From contig CAWBAN010000001.1 of NCBI GenBank assembly GCA_963786935.1, positions 1,088,001 through 1,152,000 on the forward strand: a DNA stretch of 64,000 nt. The letters are read 5' to 3'. A program made the translations under genes and the position numbers. The stretch comes from an uncultured bacterium (GTDB lineage: Bacteria; Krumholzibacteriota; Krumholzibacteriia; Krumholzibacteriales; Krumholzibacteriaceae). Within the stretch, counting starts at the first letter, position 1, and the number at the start of each line of letters is the position of its first letter. Shown here piece by piece: positions 41,719 through 51,708 of this stretch. The notes below the pieces were generated by a model. It did not search any database. It was not told where the DNA came from and saw nothing but the letters and a program-made list of their open reading frames with translations.

Positions 41719-43034
41719 GAATAGAGCACGCCATGTATAACGCGCTCCTGCCCGCCGCGGCTCTCGCCGCGCGCTGCGCCGCGCCGTTCAACGCGAAGAT
41801 CGCCGAGGGGCTTGCGGGGCGCCGGGGATTCGAGAACCGATGGCGCGCGAAGGCGGCCGCGCTCGAGCGCCGGGGGCCCCTCATCTGGTTCCACGTGTCG
41901 TCGGTCGGAGAGTTCGAGCAAGCGAAGCCGGTCATCGATCTCCTCGCGCGAAAGGCGGGCTCGTCGCTCGATATCGCGCTCACTTTCTTTTCGCCGTCGG
42001 GCATGAGCTACTACGAGCGTTTCGATCGCTCGAAAAAGATCGACGCGATACGATTCGTCGAGTATCTCCCCGTCGACACCGCGCGAAACATGCGCTTCTG
42101 CCTCGAAACGCTCGCGCCGGACATGATCGTGTACGTGAAGTTCGACATCTGGCCCAACCTCGTCGTCGAGGCCGCGCGGAGAAGCGTCCCCCAGGTGCTC
42201 GTCTCGGGAACCCTCTCGCCCGGCTCCGGCCGGCTCTCCCCGCTCGTGAGAGGCTACTTCGGATGGCTCTACTCCATGCTCGACGCGATCGCCGCCATCG
42301 CGGGGGAAGACGCCGGCCGCTTCCGGTCCCTTACCGACGGATCGGTCGAGATCGTCGAGGCGGGAGACACGAGGTTCGACCAGGTCTGCCGGAGGATCGA
42401 CGCGTCGGGCGTGACGCTCCCCGGCTGCATCGCCGCCTCGGGACGAACCTGGATCATCGCGGGGAGCACGTGGCCCCGGGACGAGGACGTCGTGATCCCG
42501 GGATTCGCGGCGCTCGGCCCCGCTCATCCGGAAGCCGGGCTCATCGTCGTTCCTCACGAGCCGACGGAGGAGCGTCTCGCCGGGATCGGCGCGGCGCTCG
42601 AGCGGGCACGCCTCCCCTTCCGGCTCCTCTCCGGGCTGAAGGACGCGTCGTCGTTCGCCGAGCCGGTCGTCGTCGCCGACGGCGTCGGCTACCTCGCCGA
42701 GCTGTACCGGGCGGGCGCGATGGCGTACGTCGGCGGGAGCTTCACGACGGGCGTGCACAACGTGATGGAGCCGGCGGTTCTGAAGCTCCCCGTGTTCTTC
42801 GGCCCGAGAATCGACAACTCCTTCGAAGCGCGGGAGCTCGTCCGCCTCGGGGCGGGAACGATCCTGCGCGCGGCCGGCGATTTCGCGCGGGAGTGCGGCG
42901 CGCTCCTCGCCGACGCCGAGCGGCTCGCGCGCACCGGAGAAACGGCGGCCCGATTCATACGAAATCATTGCGGAGCCGCCCTCCGTTGCGTAGATTTGAT
43001 CGACCAGCGCCTCGAACGGAAAGGGACCCGGTGA
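41715..43034 (+). CDS. waaA: Kdo transferase
   Basis: IWFHVSSVGE, GDTRFD, AGSTW, VPHE, GGSF..HNVMEPA. Confidence 0.92.
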   Translation: MRIEHAMYNALLPAAALAARCAAPFNAKIAEGLAGRRGFENRWRAKAAALERRGPLIWFHVSSVGEFEQAKPVIDLLARKAGSSLDIALTFFSPSGMSYYERFDRSKKIDAIRFVEYLPVDTARNMRFCLETLAPDMIVYVKFDIWPNLVVEAARRSVPQVLVSGTLSPGSGRLSPLVRGYFGWLYSMLDAIAAIAGEDAGRFRSLTDGSVEIVEAGDTRFDQVCRRIDASGVTLPGCIAASGRTWIIAGSTWPRDEDVVIPGFAALGPAHPEAGLIVVPHEPTEERLAGIGAALERARLPFRLLSGLKDASSFAEPVVVADGVGYLAELYRAGAMAYVGGSFTTGVHNVMEPAVLKLPVFFGPRIDNSFEARELVRLGAGTILRAAGDFARECGALLADAERLARTGETAARFIRNHCGAALRCVDLIDQRLERKGTR

Positions 43035-43891
43035 ACCCTCATCTGAAACCGCCCGCGCAGCCGCGCTACATCCAGATCGAGTCGATTCTCGGATGCGACG
43101 CCGCGTGCCCGTTCTGCCCCCAGAAGACGATCGATCGCAAACCGGCCATCATGAGCGATGCGACGTGGCGGAAGATCATCGACGACACGCGCGGGCTCGG
43201 CATCACCTATCGCCCCTTCCTCCAGAACGAGGCGCTCATCGACAAGCGTCTCCCCGAGATCATCCGGTACATCAAGGAGGATCCGACCGCGCGCGCGGAG
43301 ATCAACACGAACGGAAGCCTCCTCGACGAGAAGCGGGGCGCGGCCCTCATCGAGGCGGGGATCGATGTCGTCCGCTTCAGCATCGACGCGTTCTCGCGCG
43401 AGACCTTCGCGGCGTGCCGCGTCGGGCTCGACTACGACACGGTCGTCGAGAACGCGAACCGCTTCATCGAGGCCGCGGCCCGGACGCGCGGGCGCGTCGT
43501 GACCGAGGTGCGGATGATCGACATGGAATCCACGAAGCGCGAGCAGCGTCCGTTCCTCGACTACTGGGGCGGGCGGGCCGATCGGGCGCTCGTCGTTCCG
43601 CTCTACCATTGGCCGTGGGACGAGGGCGTCGAGATGGTCCGCAAGCCGTGCCTCAAGATGCGCGAGGAGATGTTCTTCTACACCGACGGCCGCGCGGTGC
43701 TCTGCTGCTGGGACATCGCGGGGCGCGCGGCGATCGGCGACGTCACCAAGGAGAGCGTCCTCGACATCTGGAACGGCGAGACGCGGCGCCGGTACGCCGA
43801 TTTCCTCTCGCGCGGCGAGCGCGACCGGATTATCCTCTGCTCGCGCTGCGACGCCTACCGCGACCGGCACTTCGACGGCTTCGACGACTGA
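43031..43891 (+). CDS. Radical SAM protein with SPASM/Twitch domain
   Basis: CDAACPFC, NTNGSLL, FSID, PC...CCWD...CSRC; GTG start overlaps the waaA stop. Confidence 0.88.
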   Translation: MNPHLKPPAQPRYIQIESILGCDAACPFCPQKTIDRKPAIMSDATWRKIIDDTRGLGITYRPFLQNEALIDKRLPEIIRYIKEDPTARAEINTNGSLLDEKRGAALIEAGIDVVRFSIDAFSRETFAACRVGLDYDTVVENANRFIEAAARTRGRVVTEVRMIDMESTKREQRPFLDYWGGRADRALVVPLYHWPWDEGVEMVRKPCLKMREEMFFYTDGRAVLCCWDIAGRAAIGDVTKESVLDIWNGETRRRYADFLSRGERDRIILCSRCDAYRDRHFDGFDD

Positions 43892-43916
43892 ATCACCGAT
43901 AACCGATCGAATCCGC

Positions 43917-44555
43917 TCATTCGCCCGCGGGCCAGGGAAAGCGCCCCGCGCGGACGAGCCGCTCCGTTTCCCCGGTGAAATCGACGATCGTCGACGGAAG
44001 GGCCGGCGATCTCCCCCGCCGCGAAAGGTACGCGGCGAGCCCGGGAAAGGCGCGCCTGATATCCGAGATTCTCGCGAGCGGAATGCTCCCCGAGCGGTTG
44101 GCGCTCGTCGAGACGAGCGGCTCCCCGAGCGCCCGGATCACCGCCCTGAGCTCCGCGAGCGCGGGGATACGCACGGCGACCTTCCCGTTCCTCGAAAGCG
44201 GCGCGGAGAGATTCGCGCGTGCGGGCAGCAGTGCGGTCAGCGGCGCGGGCCAGATGCGGGCGAGCGTTCGCGCGGAGCCGCCGGGCCAGCGAGCGACGAG
44301 CGAGCGCGCCATGGCCTCGTCCGACGCGAGCAGGATGAGCCCCGTCCGCGCGGCGCTCCCCTTCAGCTTCAGGATCGTCTCGATCCCGCGCGCGTTCGAG
44401 ACGGCGCAGTGAAAGCCATAGATCGTGTCGGTGGGAAGGACCGCGACGCCGCCCGCGGCGAGCGCTGCGGCGGCCCTCCGGATGGAGGATCGCCCGAGAA
44501 CGCCGGAGACGCCCGGCGCGTCCCCGCGGCGAACGCTTCTCACGGCCGGCGCCAT
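43917..44555 (-). CDS. tsaC: L-threonylcarbamoyladenylate synthase (TsaC/Sua5/YrdC)
   Basis: LPTDTIYG, WPAPLT, VAVRIP, STSANRSG, PSTIVD. Confidence 0.85.
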   Translation of the reverse strand: MAPAVRSVRRGDAPGVSGVLGRSSIRRAAAALAAGGVAVLPTDTIYGFHCAVSNARGIETILKLKGSAARTGLILLASDEAMARSLVARWPGGSARTLARIWPAPLTALLPARANLSAPLSRNGKVAVRIPALAELRAVIRALGEPLVSTSANRSGSIPLARISDIRRAFPGLAAYLSRRGRSPALPSTIVDFTGETERLVRAGRFPWPAGE

Positions 44556-45007
44556 TCCGCCCGCATCTCCTCGAGCCGTTTCGCGACGTCCTCGTCGGAA
44601 AGCGCGAGGATTTCGGCGGCGAGGATCGCGGCGTTACGGGCTCCCGCCTTGCCGACGGCCACGGCGGCGACCGGCACTCCCGGGGGCATCTGCACGATCG
44701 AATAGAGCGCGTCCACCCCTCCGGGGAGCCCGCTCGCGAGCGGAACCCCGATCACGGGCCTCGTCGTGATGGACGCCACGAAGCCGGGAAGCGCGGCCGA
44801 CATGCCGGCGCCCGCGATGAAGACCTGCGCGCCCCGCTCGAGCGCCCCCTCGACGTACTCGGCGGTCCGTTTCGGCTGACGGTGCGCGGACCTGACCTCG
44901 AGCTCCGCCGGTATGCCGAGCTTCTCGAGCTCCTTGAGACACGCCTCCATCGGCTCGCGGTCCGATTCGCTTCCCATGAGCACGGCGACCTTCAGTTCGC
45001 GTTTCAT
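44540..45007 (-). CDS. purE: AIR carboxylase / N5-CAIR mutase
   Basis: MGSESD, SAHR, PVIGVP, SIVQMPPGVPVA, NAAILA. Confidence 0.93.
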   Translation of the reverse strand: MKRELKVAVLMGSESDREPMEACLKELEKLGIPAELEVRSAHRQPKRTAEYVEGALERGAQVFIAGAGMSAALPGFVASITTRPVIGVPLASGLPGGVDALYSIVQMPPGVPVAAVAVGKAGARNAAILAAEILALSDEDVAKRLEEMRAEWRRP

Positions 45008-45011
45008 GAGC

Positions 45012-46277
45012 CTATCTCAATCCTTTCTTCCCGATGTCGCTGCGGGAGAAGCAGCCGGTGAACGAAATCGCGGCCGCGCCGCGGTACGCGGCATCGACGG
45101 CGTCGCGGAGCGTCGGGGCCGTCGCGGTCACGCCGAGCACGCGCCCGCCGTTCGTCACGACGGCGCCGTCCTGCGCCGCGGTGCCCGCGTGAAACACGAT
45201 GCACCCCTCGTCGCGCGCCCGGTCGAGCCCCTCGATCGGATGCCCCTTGTCGTACGGGCCGGGATAGCCCTTCGACGCGAGCACGACGCACGCGGCCGCG
45301 CCGGGGCCGTTTTCGAAGCGCGCGCTCCCGAACCGTCCCCCCGCGGCCTCGAACATCGCCTGAGCGAGATCGCCCGCGAAGAGCGGGAGGATCGCCTGGG
45401 TTTCGGGATCGCCGAACCGGCAGTTGTACTCGAGGACCTTGGGGCCGCCCTTCGTGATCATGAGCCCGAAGTACAGGACTCCGGCGCCCACGATCCCCTC
45501 GCTCCGCATTCCCTCGAAAGTCGGCTCTATGATCTCCTTCTTCACGCGCGCGGCGAGCCCTTCGTCGTACATCGGGACGGGGGCGTAGGCGCCCATGCCG
45601 CCGGTGTTCGGACCCTGGTCTCCGTCGTGCGCCCGCTTGTGATCCTGCGAGGGAACGAACAGCCGATAATCGTTCCCATCGTACAGGGCGAGAACCGAGA
45701 CCTCCTCGCCGCTCAGGAACTCCTCGAGCACGATGCGCTCGCCGGCCGCCCCGAATCCGCCCCGCTTCATGACGAGCTCGATTGCCGATCGCGCTTCCCG
45801 GGCCGTGTTCGCGATGATGACGCCCTTGCCCGCGGCGAGCCCGTCCGCCTTGACGACGTACGGCGCCTCCATGGAGTCGACCGCCTTGATCGCCGAGGTC
45901 GCGTTCCCGAACGCGCGGAACTCCCCCGTCGGAATATCGTAGCGCTTCATGAACTCCTTCGCCCAGACCTTGCTCCCCTCGAGGCGAGCCCCCTTCTTGT
46001 CGAATCCGAATATCCGCAGAGCCTTCGACGTGAAGAGGTCGACGATGCCGGCGACGAGCGGGGCCTCGGGGCCGACGACGGTGAGATCGATCTTCTTCTC
46101 GAGCGCGAGCTTCAGGAGTCCGTCGAGGTCGTCCGCGCCGACGCCGACGCATTCGGCGTGAGCCGCGATGCCCGGGTTTCCCGGCGCGCAGTATATCTTC
46201 TTGACCGCGGGGGACTGGGCGAGCTTCCACACGATCGCGTGCTCGCGTCCGCCGCCGCCGATAACGAGAATATTCAT
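45012..46277 (-). CDS. purD: Phosphoribosylamine-glycine ligase
   Basis: GGGGREHA, VKADGLAAGKGV, QDHKR, NTGGMG, RFGDPETQ. Confidence 0.97.
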   Translation of the reverse strand: MNILVIGGGGREHAIVWKLAQSPAVKKIYCAPGNPGIAAHAECVGVGADDLDGLLKLALEKKIDLTVVGPEAPLVAGIVDLFTSKALRIFGFDKKGARLEGSKVWAKEFMKRYDIPTGEFRAFGNATSAIKAVDSMEAPYVVKADGLAAGKGVIIANTAREARSAIELVMKRGGFGAAGERIVLEEFLSGEEVSVLALYDGNDYRLFVPSQDHKRAHDGDQGPNTGGMGAYAPVPMYDEGLAARVKKEIIEPTFEGMRSEGIVGAGVLYFGLMITKGGPKVLEYNCRFGDPETQAILPLFAGDLAQAMFEAAGGRFGSARFENGPGAAACVVLASKGYPGPYDKGHPIEGLDRARDEGCIVFHAGTAAQDGAVVTNGGRVLGVTATAPTLRDAVDAAYRGAAAISFTGCFSRSDIGKKGLR

Positions 46278-46385
46278 GAGAATCGCGTTCCTCCATGGCG
46301 CCCGCGCCGCCGATGCGGCGCCCCGCGCCGAAACAGATTATACCCGAGCCCCGCGACGCGGAGAAAGGAAATTTGCCCGCGGCCG

Positions 46386-47651
46386 CTACCGCCTCGCGGG
46401 CAGGAACCGGGACGCGTCGGCGATGACGAGCAGATCCTCTTCATCGATTCCTTCGAGCAGGAATCTCTCGTATCCGTCCTTCCAGGGGCAGAAGCCGAAT
46501 CGCGAGACGCAATCGTCGGAGAGCGTCGATCTGAGATAGATCGAGAAGCGCGTCGTGAGCTCGCACGTCGATATCGCGGTCTGCGCGTTGAGCGTATAGC
46601 CCCGCCTCACGACGTCGGGCACCTCGTGTCTTCCCCGGTCGAACGCGGCGAGATACGAGTCCGATCCGATACCCTCGGAGCAGGCCGCCGCGGCGAGGAG
46701 CAGCCCTCCCTCCTCGAGGGCGCCCGAAGCGTACCGCAGCGCCTTGTGGCTCTGCAGGAGATCGATGTCAGACGGAAAACCGCCCGCCGACACGATCGCG
46801 GCGCGATAGGGCCGGTCGACGGGGAACCGGAAGTGCGTCGACACGAAATCGCACGCCGCGCGGTGGGAAGCGTCGAGCTCCCCCGCGTTGACGAACAGGA
46901 CGCGTCCCGCCGGGCCGCCCACCGCGTTGACGGCGAAGGTCCGCGCGCCGAGCAGCCGCGCCCCCGCGAGCATGTCCGCGTGGACCGGATTCCCGTCGAG
47001 CGCGCCGGCGCGGCATCCGGGCGAGAGCCCCGTCCCCGGATCCCTCCCGAGCGACAGCCGGTGGTTCGCCAGAATCGTCCGCTCCCCGGCGACGCCGGGC
47101 AGGATGAGCTTCCGCGCGCCGCCGAAGCCGGCGAAATAGTGGAACGAAACCGAGCCGAGCGCGATGACGAGCGCCGATTCGGCGACGGTCCGGTTGAACA
47201 GGCACCGCGTCCCCGCGGGAGTCGTCCCGACCTCGATGAGCGAATCGGTGTCGCGCGCGTCGTGCGCGATCACCCGCCAGCGCAGCGGCACGCCGGCGCC
47301 GACGTGCGCCTCGAGCTCTCCCTCGCGGAATCCCCGGTGCATGCCGAGGGCCGCGACGATCGCGACGCGGTCCGGCCCCGCCCCGTTCGCTTCGAGATAC
47401 GCCAGCAGCGGGGCGAGCATGAGCCCCGTTCCCCCGCCCCTCGTGATGTCGGAAATGAGAACCGAAATGCCGCCCGATCGGGGGATGAGCGTCCGGAGCG
47501 CGCGCGCGCCGACCGGACGTTCGAGCGCCTCGGCGAGCGAGCGCGCCGGGTCGGCGAGCGGCTCGGGATAGGCCGTTCCCGCCGCTCTGACGCGACGCCC
47601 TCCGAGATCGATGTTCAGGATGCCGTCATGGTAGCGAAGGGCGAACTGCAC
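46386..47651 (-). CDS. LarA-family nickel-pincer racemase/epimerase
   Basis: SDITR, ALGMHR, HD, HYFAGFGGARKLILPG, NPVHADM, GGFP..QSHKA, CSEGIG; start approximate. Confidence 0.88.
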   Translation of the reverse strand: MQFALRYHDGILNIDLGGRRVRAAGTAYPEPLADPARSLAEALERPVGARALRTLIPRSGGISVLISDITRGGGTGLMLAPLLAYLEANGAGPDRVAIVAALGMHRGFREGELEAHVGAGVPLRWRVIAHDARDTDSLIEVGTTPAGTRCLFNRTVAESALVIALGSVSFHYFAGFGGARKLILPGVAGERTILANHRLSLGRDPGTGLSPGCRAGALDGNPVHADMLAGARLLGARTFAVNAVGGPAGRVLFVNAGELDASHRAACDFVSTHFRFPVDRPYRAAIVSAGGFPSDIDLLQSHKALRYASGALEEGGLLLAAAACSEGIGSDSYLAAFDRGRHEVPDVVRRGYTLNAQTAISTCELTTRFSIYLRSTLSDDCVSRFGFCPWKDGYERFLLEGIDEEDLLVIADASRFLPARR

Positions 47652-47730
47652 GCGAACCTCCGGCGCGGCCGCCCGCGAACGCGCGCCGCTCCCGAATACG
47701 AACCGGCGCCGGCGAGCGGCGCCGCGCGGA

Positions 47731-48672
47731 TCAGTCGGGAAGGATGTGCGTGCCGACGTGCCCCTTGCAGGCGTCGAGCAGCATGGTGGCATCCGAGATG
47801 ATGACCCGTTTTCCGCCGGACTCGATGAATTCGATCGCCGCCTCGATCTTGGGGCCCATGCTTCCCGGCGGGAACTCCCCCGCGTCGTAGAGCTTCCTGA
47901 TTTCGGCGAGCCTGATCTTGCGCAGCGCCTTCTGCTCCGGCGCGCCGAAGCGCACGTACACCTCGGGCACGCTCGTGAGGATCACGAGGCGCTCCGCTTG
48001 AATCATTTCGCCGAGAACGGCGGCCGCCCGGTCCTTGTCGATGACCGCCTCGACGCCGAGAAGCTCGCTCCCGCTCCGCACGACCGGAATGCCGCCGCCC
48101 CCCACCGCGATGACGATGGCGCCGGATTTGATGAGCCGCGCGATGATGTCCGATTCGACGATCTCGAGGGGACGGGGGGACGGAACGACTCGGCGATACC
48201 CGCGATTCGCGTCCATGATCATCCGGTACCCTTTTTCCCGCGCCAGGGCATCGGCGTCTTCCTTGCCGTAGAACAGGCCGATCGGTTTCGTCGGGTGCTG
48301 AAACGCCTCGTCCTCCTCGGAGACGACGACCTGAGAGACGATCGTGACGACCTCGCGGTGTACGCCCCGCACGCTCAGCTCGTTCCGGAGCGACTGCTGG
48401 ATCATGTAGCCGATTCCGCCCTGCGAGTCGGCGCCGCACACATCGAGGGGCATCGGCGGTATGCGGCCCTTGACCGCCTCGTTCCGCTCGACGATGTTTC
48501 CCACGATGGGACCGTTTCCGTGCGTGATGATCACCCGCCGCCCGGAGATGATGAGCTCGGCGACCTGCCGCATCGAGGTCGACGTGAGCTCTCGCTGGGC
48601 CTCGATCGTTCCGCTCCCCTTGGTGGGGATGATCGCGTTTCCGCCGAGGGCGATGACGTCCATTCCGCGCAC
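47731..48672 (-). CDS. arcC: Carbamate kinase
   Basis: IALGGNA, THGNGP, PTKPIG, RRVVPSP, GGGGIPV, EAVIDKD, GSMGPK. Confidence 0.95.
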   Translation of the reverse strand: MRGMDVIALGGNAIIPTKGSGTIEAQRELTSTSMRQVAELIISGRRVIITHGNGPIVGNIVERNEAVKGRIPPMPLDVCGADSQGGIGYMIQQSLRNELSVRGVHREVVTIVSQVVVSEEDEAFQHPTKPIGLFYGKEDADALAREKGYRMIMDANRGYRRVVPSPRPLEIVESDIIARLIKSGAIVIAVGGGGIPVVRSGSELLGVEAVIDKDRAAAVLGEMIQAERLVILTSVPEVYVRFGAPEQKALRKIRLAEIRKLYDAGEFPPGSMGPKIEAAIEFIESGGKRVIISDATMLLDACKGHVGTHILPD

Positions 48673-48699
48673 CGGATACTACCTCCCCCAAAAACAAGT

Positions 48700-48731
48700 C
48701 CCCTGTTGAAGGCCGGAGCCTTCAACAGGGG
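48700..48731 (-). terminator. 14-bp stem-loop between the aminotransferase gene and arcC
   Basis: CCCCTGTTGAAGGC-cgga-GCCTTCAACAGGGG followed by ACTTGTTTT on the minus strand. Confidence 0.7.
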
Positions 48732-48755
48732 GATGTTCGTTCTCTCGCGCGTCTC

Positions 48756-49907
48756 TTACAGAGCGGCGCGGATCTTCGCGAGCGCCTTCTTGATGTTCTC
48801 CTGGGAATTCGCGTAGGAGAACCGCAGGTAGCCTTCGCCGTACTTCCCGAAGCTCGTCCCGCTGAGCCCCGCCACGCCGGCCTTCTCGAGGAGGTGCACC
48901 TCGAGCTCCTTCGACTTCATCCCCGTGCCCGTGATGTTCGGGAACACGTAGAAGGATCCCTTCGGCTTCAGGCACGTGAAGCCCGGAATCGCGTTGAGGC
49001 CGTCGACGATGAGGTCGCGGCGCGCCTTGAATTCCTTGACCATCTTGCGCGACTTGGACTGGGACCCGGTCAGCGCCTCCATGCCGGCGATCTGCGTGAA
49101 GCTCGCCGTGCAGGAGTTCGAGTTCGTCTGGAGCCGCGCGATCGCATCGGCGACCTTCGGCGGCATGATGCCGTATCCGAGCCTCCATCCGGTCATCGCG
49201 TAGGTCTTCGAATGCCCCTCGAGGAGAATCGTCCGGTCCTTCACTTCGGGAAAATCGTAGATGCTCACGTGCTTGCCCTCGTAGATGATCTTGCTGTAGA
49301 CCTCGTCGCTCAGAATCCACGCGTTGAATTTGTCGGCCAGCTCGGCAACGGTCTTCATGTCCTTCTTCGTGAGCATCCCGCCCGTCGGGTTCTGCGGAGA
49401 GTTGATGATGATGAGCTTCGTCTTCTCGTTCACGAGCGTCCGGAGCTCGTCGACGTCGAAGGAGAATCCCTTCTCCTCGCGCAGCGGAATCGGCACCGGC
49501 TTGGCGCCGACGAAATTGATGACCGACTCGTAGATCGGGAAGCCCGGATTCGGATAGATGACCTCGTCCCCCTCGTCGACGAGCGCCAGGATGCTGAAGA
49601 AAAGGATGGGCTTGGCGCCGGGAGTGATGACGATGTTCTCGGGCTTGACCTCGACGCCCCGGTCCTTCGTGATGTGCTCCGCGAAGACCTTTCGCGCGTC
49701 GAGGAGCCCCGCGGAGGGCCCGTAGTGGGTGAATCCCTTTTTGAGCGCGTTGATCGCGGCCTTGACGATATTGGGCGGGGTATCGAAATCGGGCTCGCCG
49801 ATCTCGAGATGGACCATTTCCCTGCCTTCGGCTTCCATCGCTTTCGCGCGGGCCAGCACTTCGAAGGCGGTTTCGGTGCCGAGCCTGCTCATCCGTTCCG
49901 CAAACAT
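48756..49907 (-). CDS. PLP-dependent class I/II aminotransferase (aspartate aminotransferase-like)
   Basis: IGEPDF, NSPQNPTG, SDEVY, SKTYAMTGWRLG, LRFSYA. Confidence 0.95.
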   Translation of the reverse strand: MFAERMSRLGTETAFEVLARAKAMEAEGREMVHLEIGEPDFDTPPNIVKAAINALKKGFTHYGPSAGLLDARKVFAEHITKDRGVEVKPENIVITPGAKPILFFSILALVDEGDEVIYPNPGFPIYESVINFVGAKPVPIPLREEKGFSFDVDELRTLVNEKTKLIIINSPQNPTGGMLTKKDMKTVAELADKFNAWILSDEVYSKIIYEGKHVSIYDFPEVKDRTILLEGHSKTYAMTGWRLGYGIMPPKVADAIARLQTNSNSCTASFTQIAGMEALTGSQSKSRKMVKEFKARRDLIVDGLNAIPGFTCLKPKGSFYVFPNITGTGMKSKELEVHLLEKAGVAGLSGTSFGKYGEGYLRFSYANSQENIKKALAKIRAAL

Positions 49908-50102
49908 CTCTCCTCCTCGAACTCAAGACAGACGGCCGATCTCTCAATAATTGAACAATATCTATATTAGGCGGGCGAATCATCTTTGTCAATGGAATAC
50001 GGGAACCGGGCGGGCAATAGCGGTTCGGGCAAAATGAGTTACGTTCACGGCGCAGCGGGATAGGAGGCCGGCGCCCGGCGCCCGAGGATCGGGCGCGCTC
50101 GC

Positions 50103-51650
50103 TCAGCCGAGGCTTCCGAGATAACGCTGTATCTCGCGCTTCACTTCCTCGCGGATCGCGCTCCCTTTTCCCGCGAGCCTCAGGAGGGTCGTCTTGTCGA
50201 CGAACCGGACGTGGATGAATTTGCGCAGACTCGACACCGGCACCTTCGAGGGATTCAGGAGGAGGTTGAGCGGCACCTCTTTGTTCGCGAAGCCCGAGTA
50301 GAGATCCCTCCTGTTGGCGACGATCGTGAGCACGCGAATCGACCGGGCGCGCTGCGAGATGAGCGCGATGATGCCCGGCTGGGACAAGACGCGGGGATTG
50401 TCCATGAGCTCCAGGATGAATTGATCGTTGTCGATATAGGTCATCACGAGCGTCCGGTAGCTGACGGTTTTATCCTGATGGATATTCGCCCAGTCGACGT
50501 CCCGGGGAAGCTGATCGATATCGAGAAAATGCGCCGCCGGCACCCTCCTCACGTCGATGGCGAGCACCTTGTGATGGAGCTCGAATCCGGGGAGGTCGAG
50601 GAGCATCTTGAGGATGTTCAACGCCGCGAGCTTGTGCAGGAGTATTTCGAACATCCCCTGCCCCGCGTGATTCACGAAGATGTCGAGACAGCTCAGATAA
50701 TCGGGCTTCCGCTGGACGCGCAGGAGCAGCGGGTGCATGAGAAGCCCCCGGATGATCGCGGTGCCGAGCTTCATGTGCGGATACGGATGCGCCCGCGACA
50801 GCTGCTTCTCGAAGAGATCGGCGAGGGCGGAGCCCGCCGGCGTTTTGCGCAGCTCGGCGACCGCTCCGTCCCAACGCTCCCCGAGCTTTTGCCGGAGAAG
50901 CAGCGTCGCCTCGCCGTAGCGCTGGTACGCGCCTTCGAGCGCCTGCACCCGCCACTTCGTCTCCTCGGCCTTCGAGATCAGGTAGACGGTCGCGCGGGGC
51001 TTGGACATGAAATTGATCGTGGCGAGCGCGCCCTTCACGCGAAGCTCGAGGGCTTCGAGCTCGACCTTCGAGCGCTCCATGATCGCCTTGTCCCAGCGGC
51101 GGTCGGGATCGGCGACGGCCTTCCGCACGCCGTCGCTCCACCCGAGCCACGGCGCTTCCGCCGGCGCGCCGGAGCCGCCGGGCAAGGGATGCGACATCGA
51201 GAGGAGCATGACCTTCTTCTTGAACCAGTCTTCGCTTTCCTTGAGCGCCGTCCCCGCGCGCTCCTTGCGGGCGATTGCGCTCATGACACGCTTGACGTTC
51301 CTGAATTCGACGAGCTCCGTGACCATCGTCTCGGCGGGCGGGAGCGCGAGGAGCGCCGCATAGAGCAGCTTGAGCCCGGCTCCTTCTCCCTCGACCGCGA
51401 GCGCCGCTATTCTCAGAAGCTCCCGATGCGGCTCGCTCGACGTGGCGAAATAGTCGGCGAGGGCTTCGGCCTGCTGGAAGGTGTTCTCGATGGCGCCGAT
51501 TTTCAGGAGGCCGCTTCTGACCTCGCCGGTCGGCGTCGAATAGAGAAGCTCGTTGAGATGATCGAGAAACGGCATGAGAGGCGGAAAGGTGAGCACCTTT
51601 CTGCCGTATGTCTTGTCGTCATAGGCTATCGTGCGGACGGATTCCATCAT
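50103..51650 (-). CDS. Hypothetical cytoplasmic, largely helical protein
   Basis: 515-aa ORF with native-looking codon usage; no motif recognised. Confidence 0.75.
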   Translation of the reverse strand: MMESVRTIAYDDKTYGRKVLTFPPLMPFLDHLNELLYSTPTGEVRSGLLKIGAIENTFQQAEALADYFATSSEPHRELLRIAALAVEGEGAGLKLLYAALLALPPAETMVTELVEFRNVKRVMSAIARKERAGTALKESEDWFKKKVMLLSMSHPLPGGSGAPAEAPWLGWSDGVRKAVADPDRRWDKAIMERSKVELEALELRVKGALATINFMSKPRATVYLISKAEETKWRVQALEGAYQRYGEATLLLRQKLGERWDGAVAELRKTPAGSALADLFEKQLSRAHPYPHMKLGTAIIRGLLMHPLLLRVQRKPDYLSCLDIFVNHAGQGMFEILLHKLAALNILKMLLDLPGFELHHKVLAIDVRRVPAAHFLDIDQLPRDVDWANIHQDKTVSYRTLVMTYIDNDQFILELMDNPRVLSQPGIIALISQRARSIRVLTIVANRRDLYSGFANKEVPLNLLLNPSKVPVSSLRKFIHVRFVDKTTLLRLAGKGSAIREEVKREIQRYLGSLG

Positions 51651-51708
51651 GAGTATTCACTAGCATGAATGAGTCCAATTCGATGCCTTTCGCCCGCCGC
51701 CGCTCCGA

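Noticed and set aside
44540..45007. purE as larB because larA is nearby
   Set aside because: It has PurE motifs and length, lacks the LarB N-terminal region, and sits next to purD
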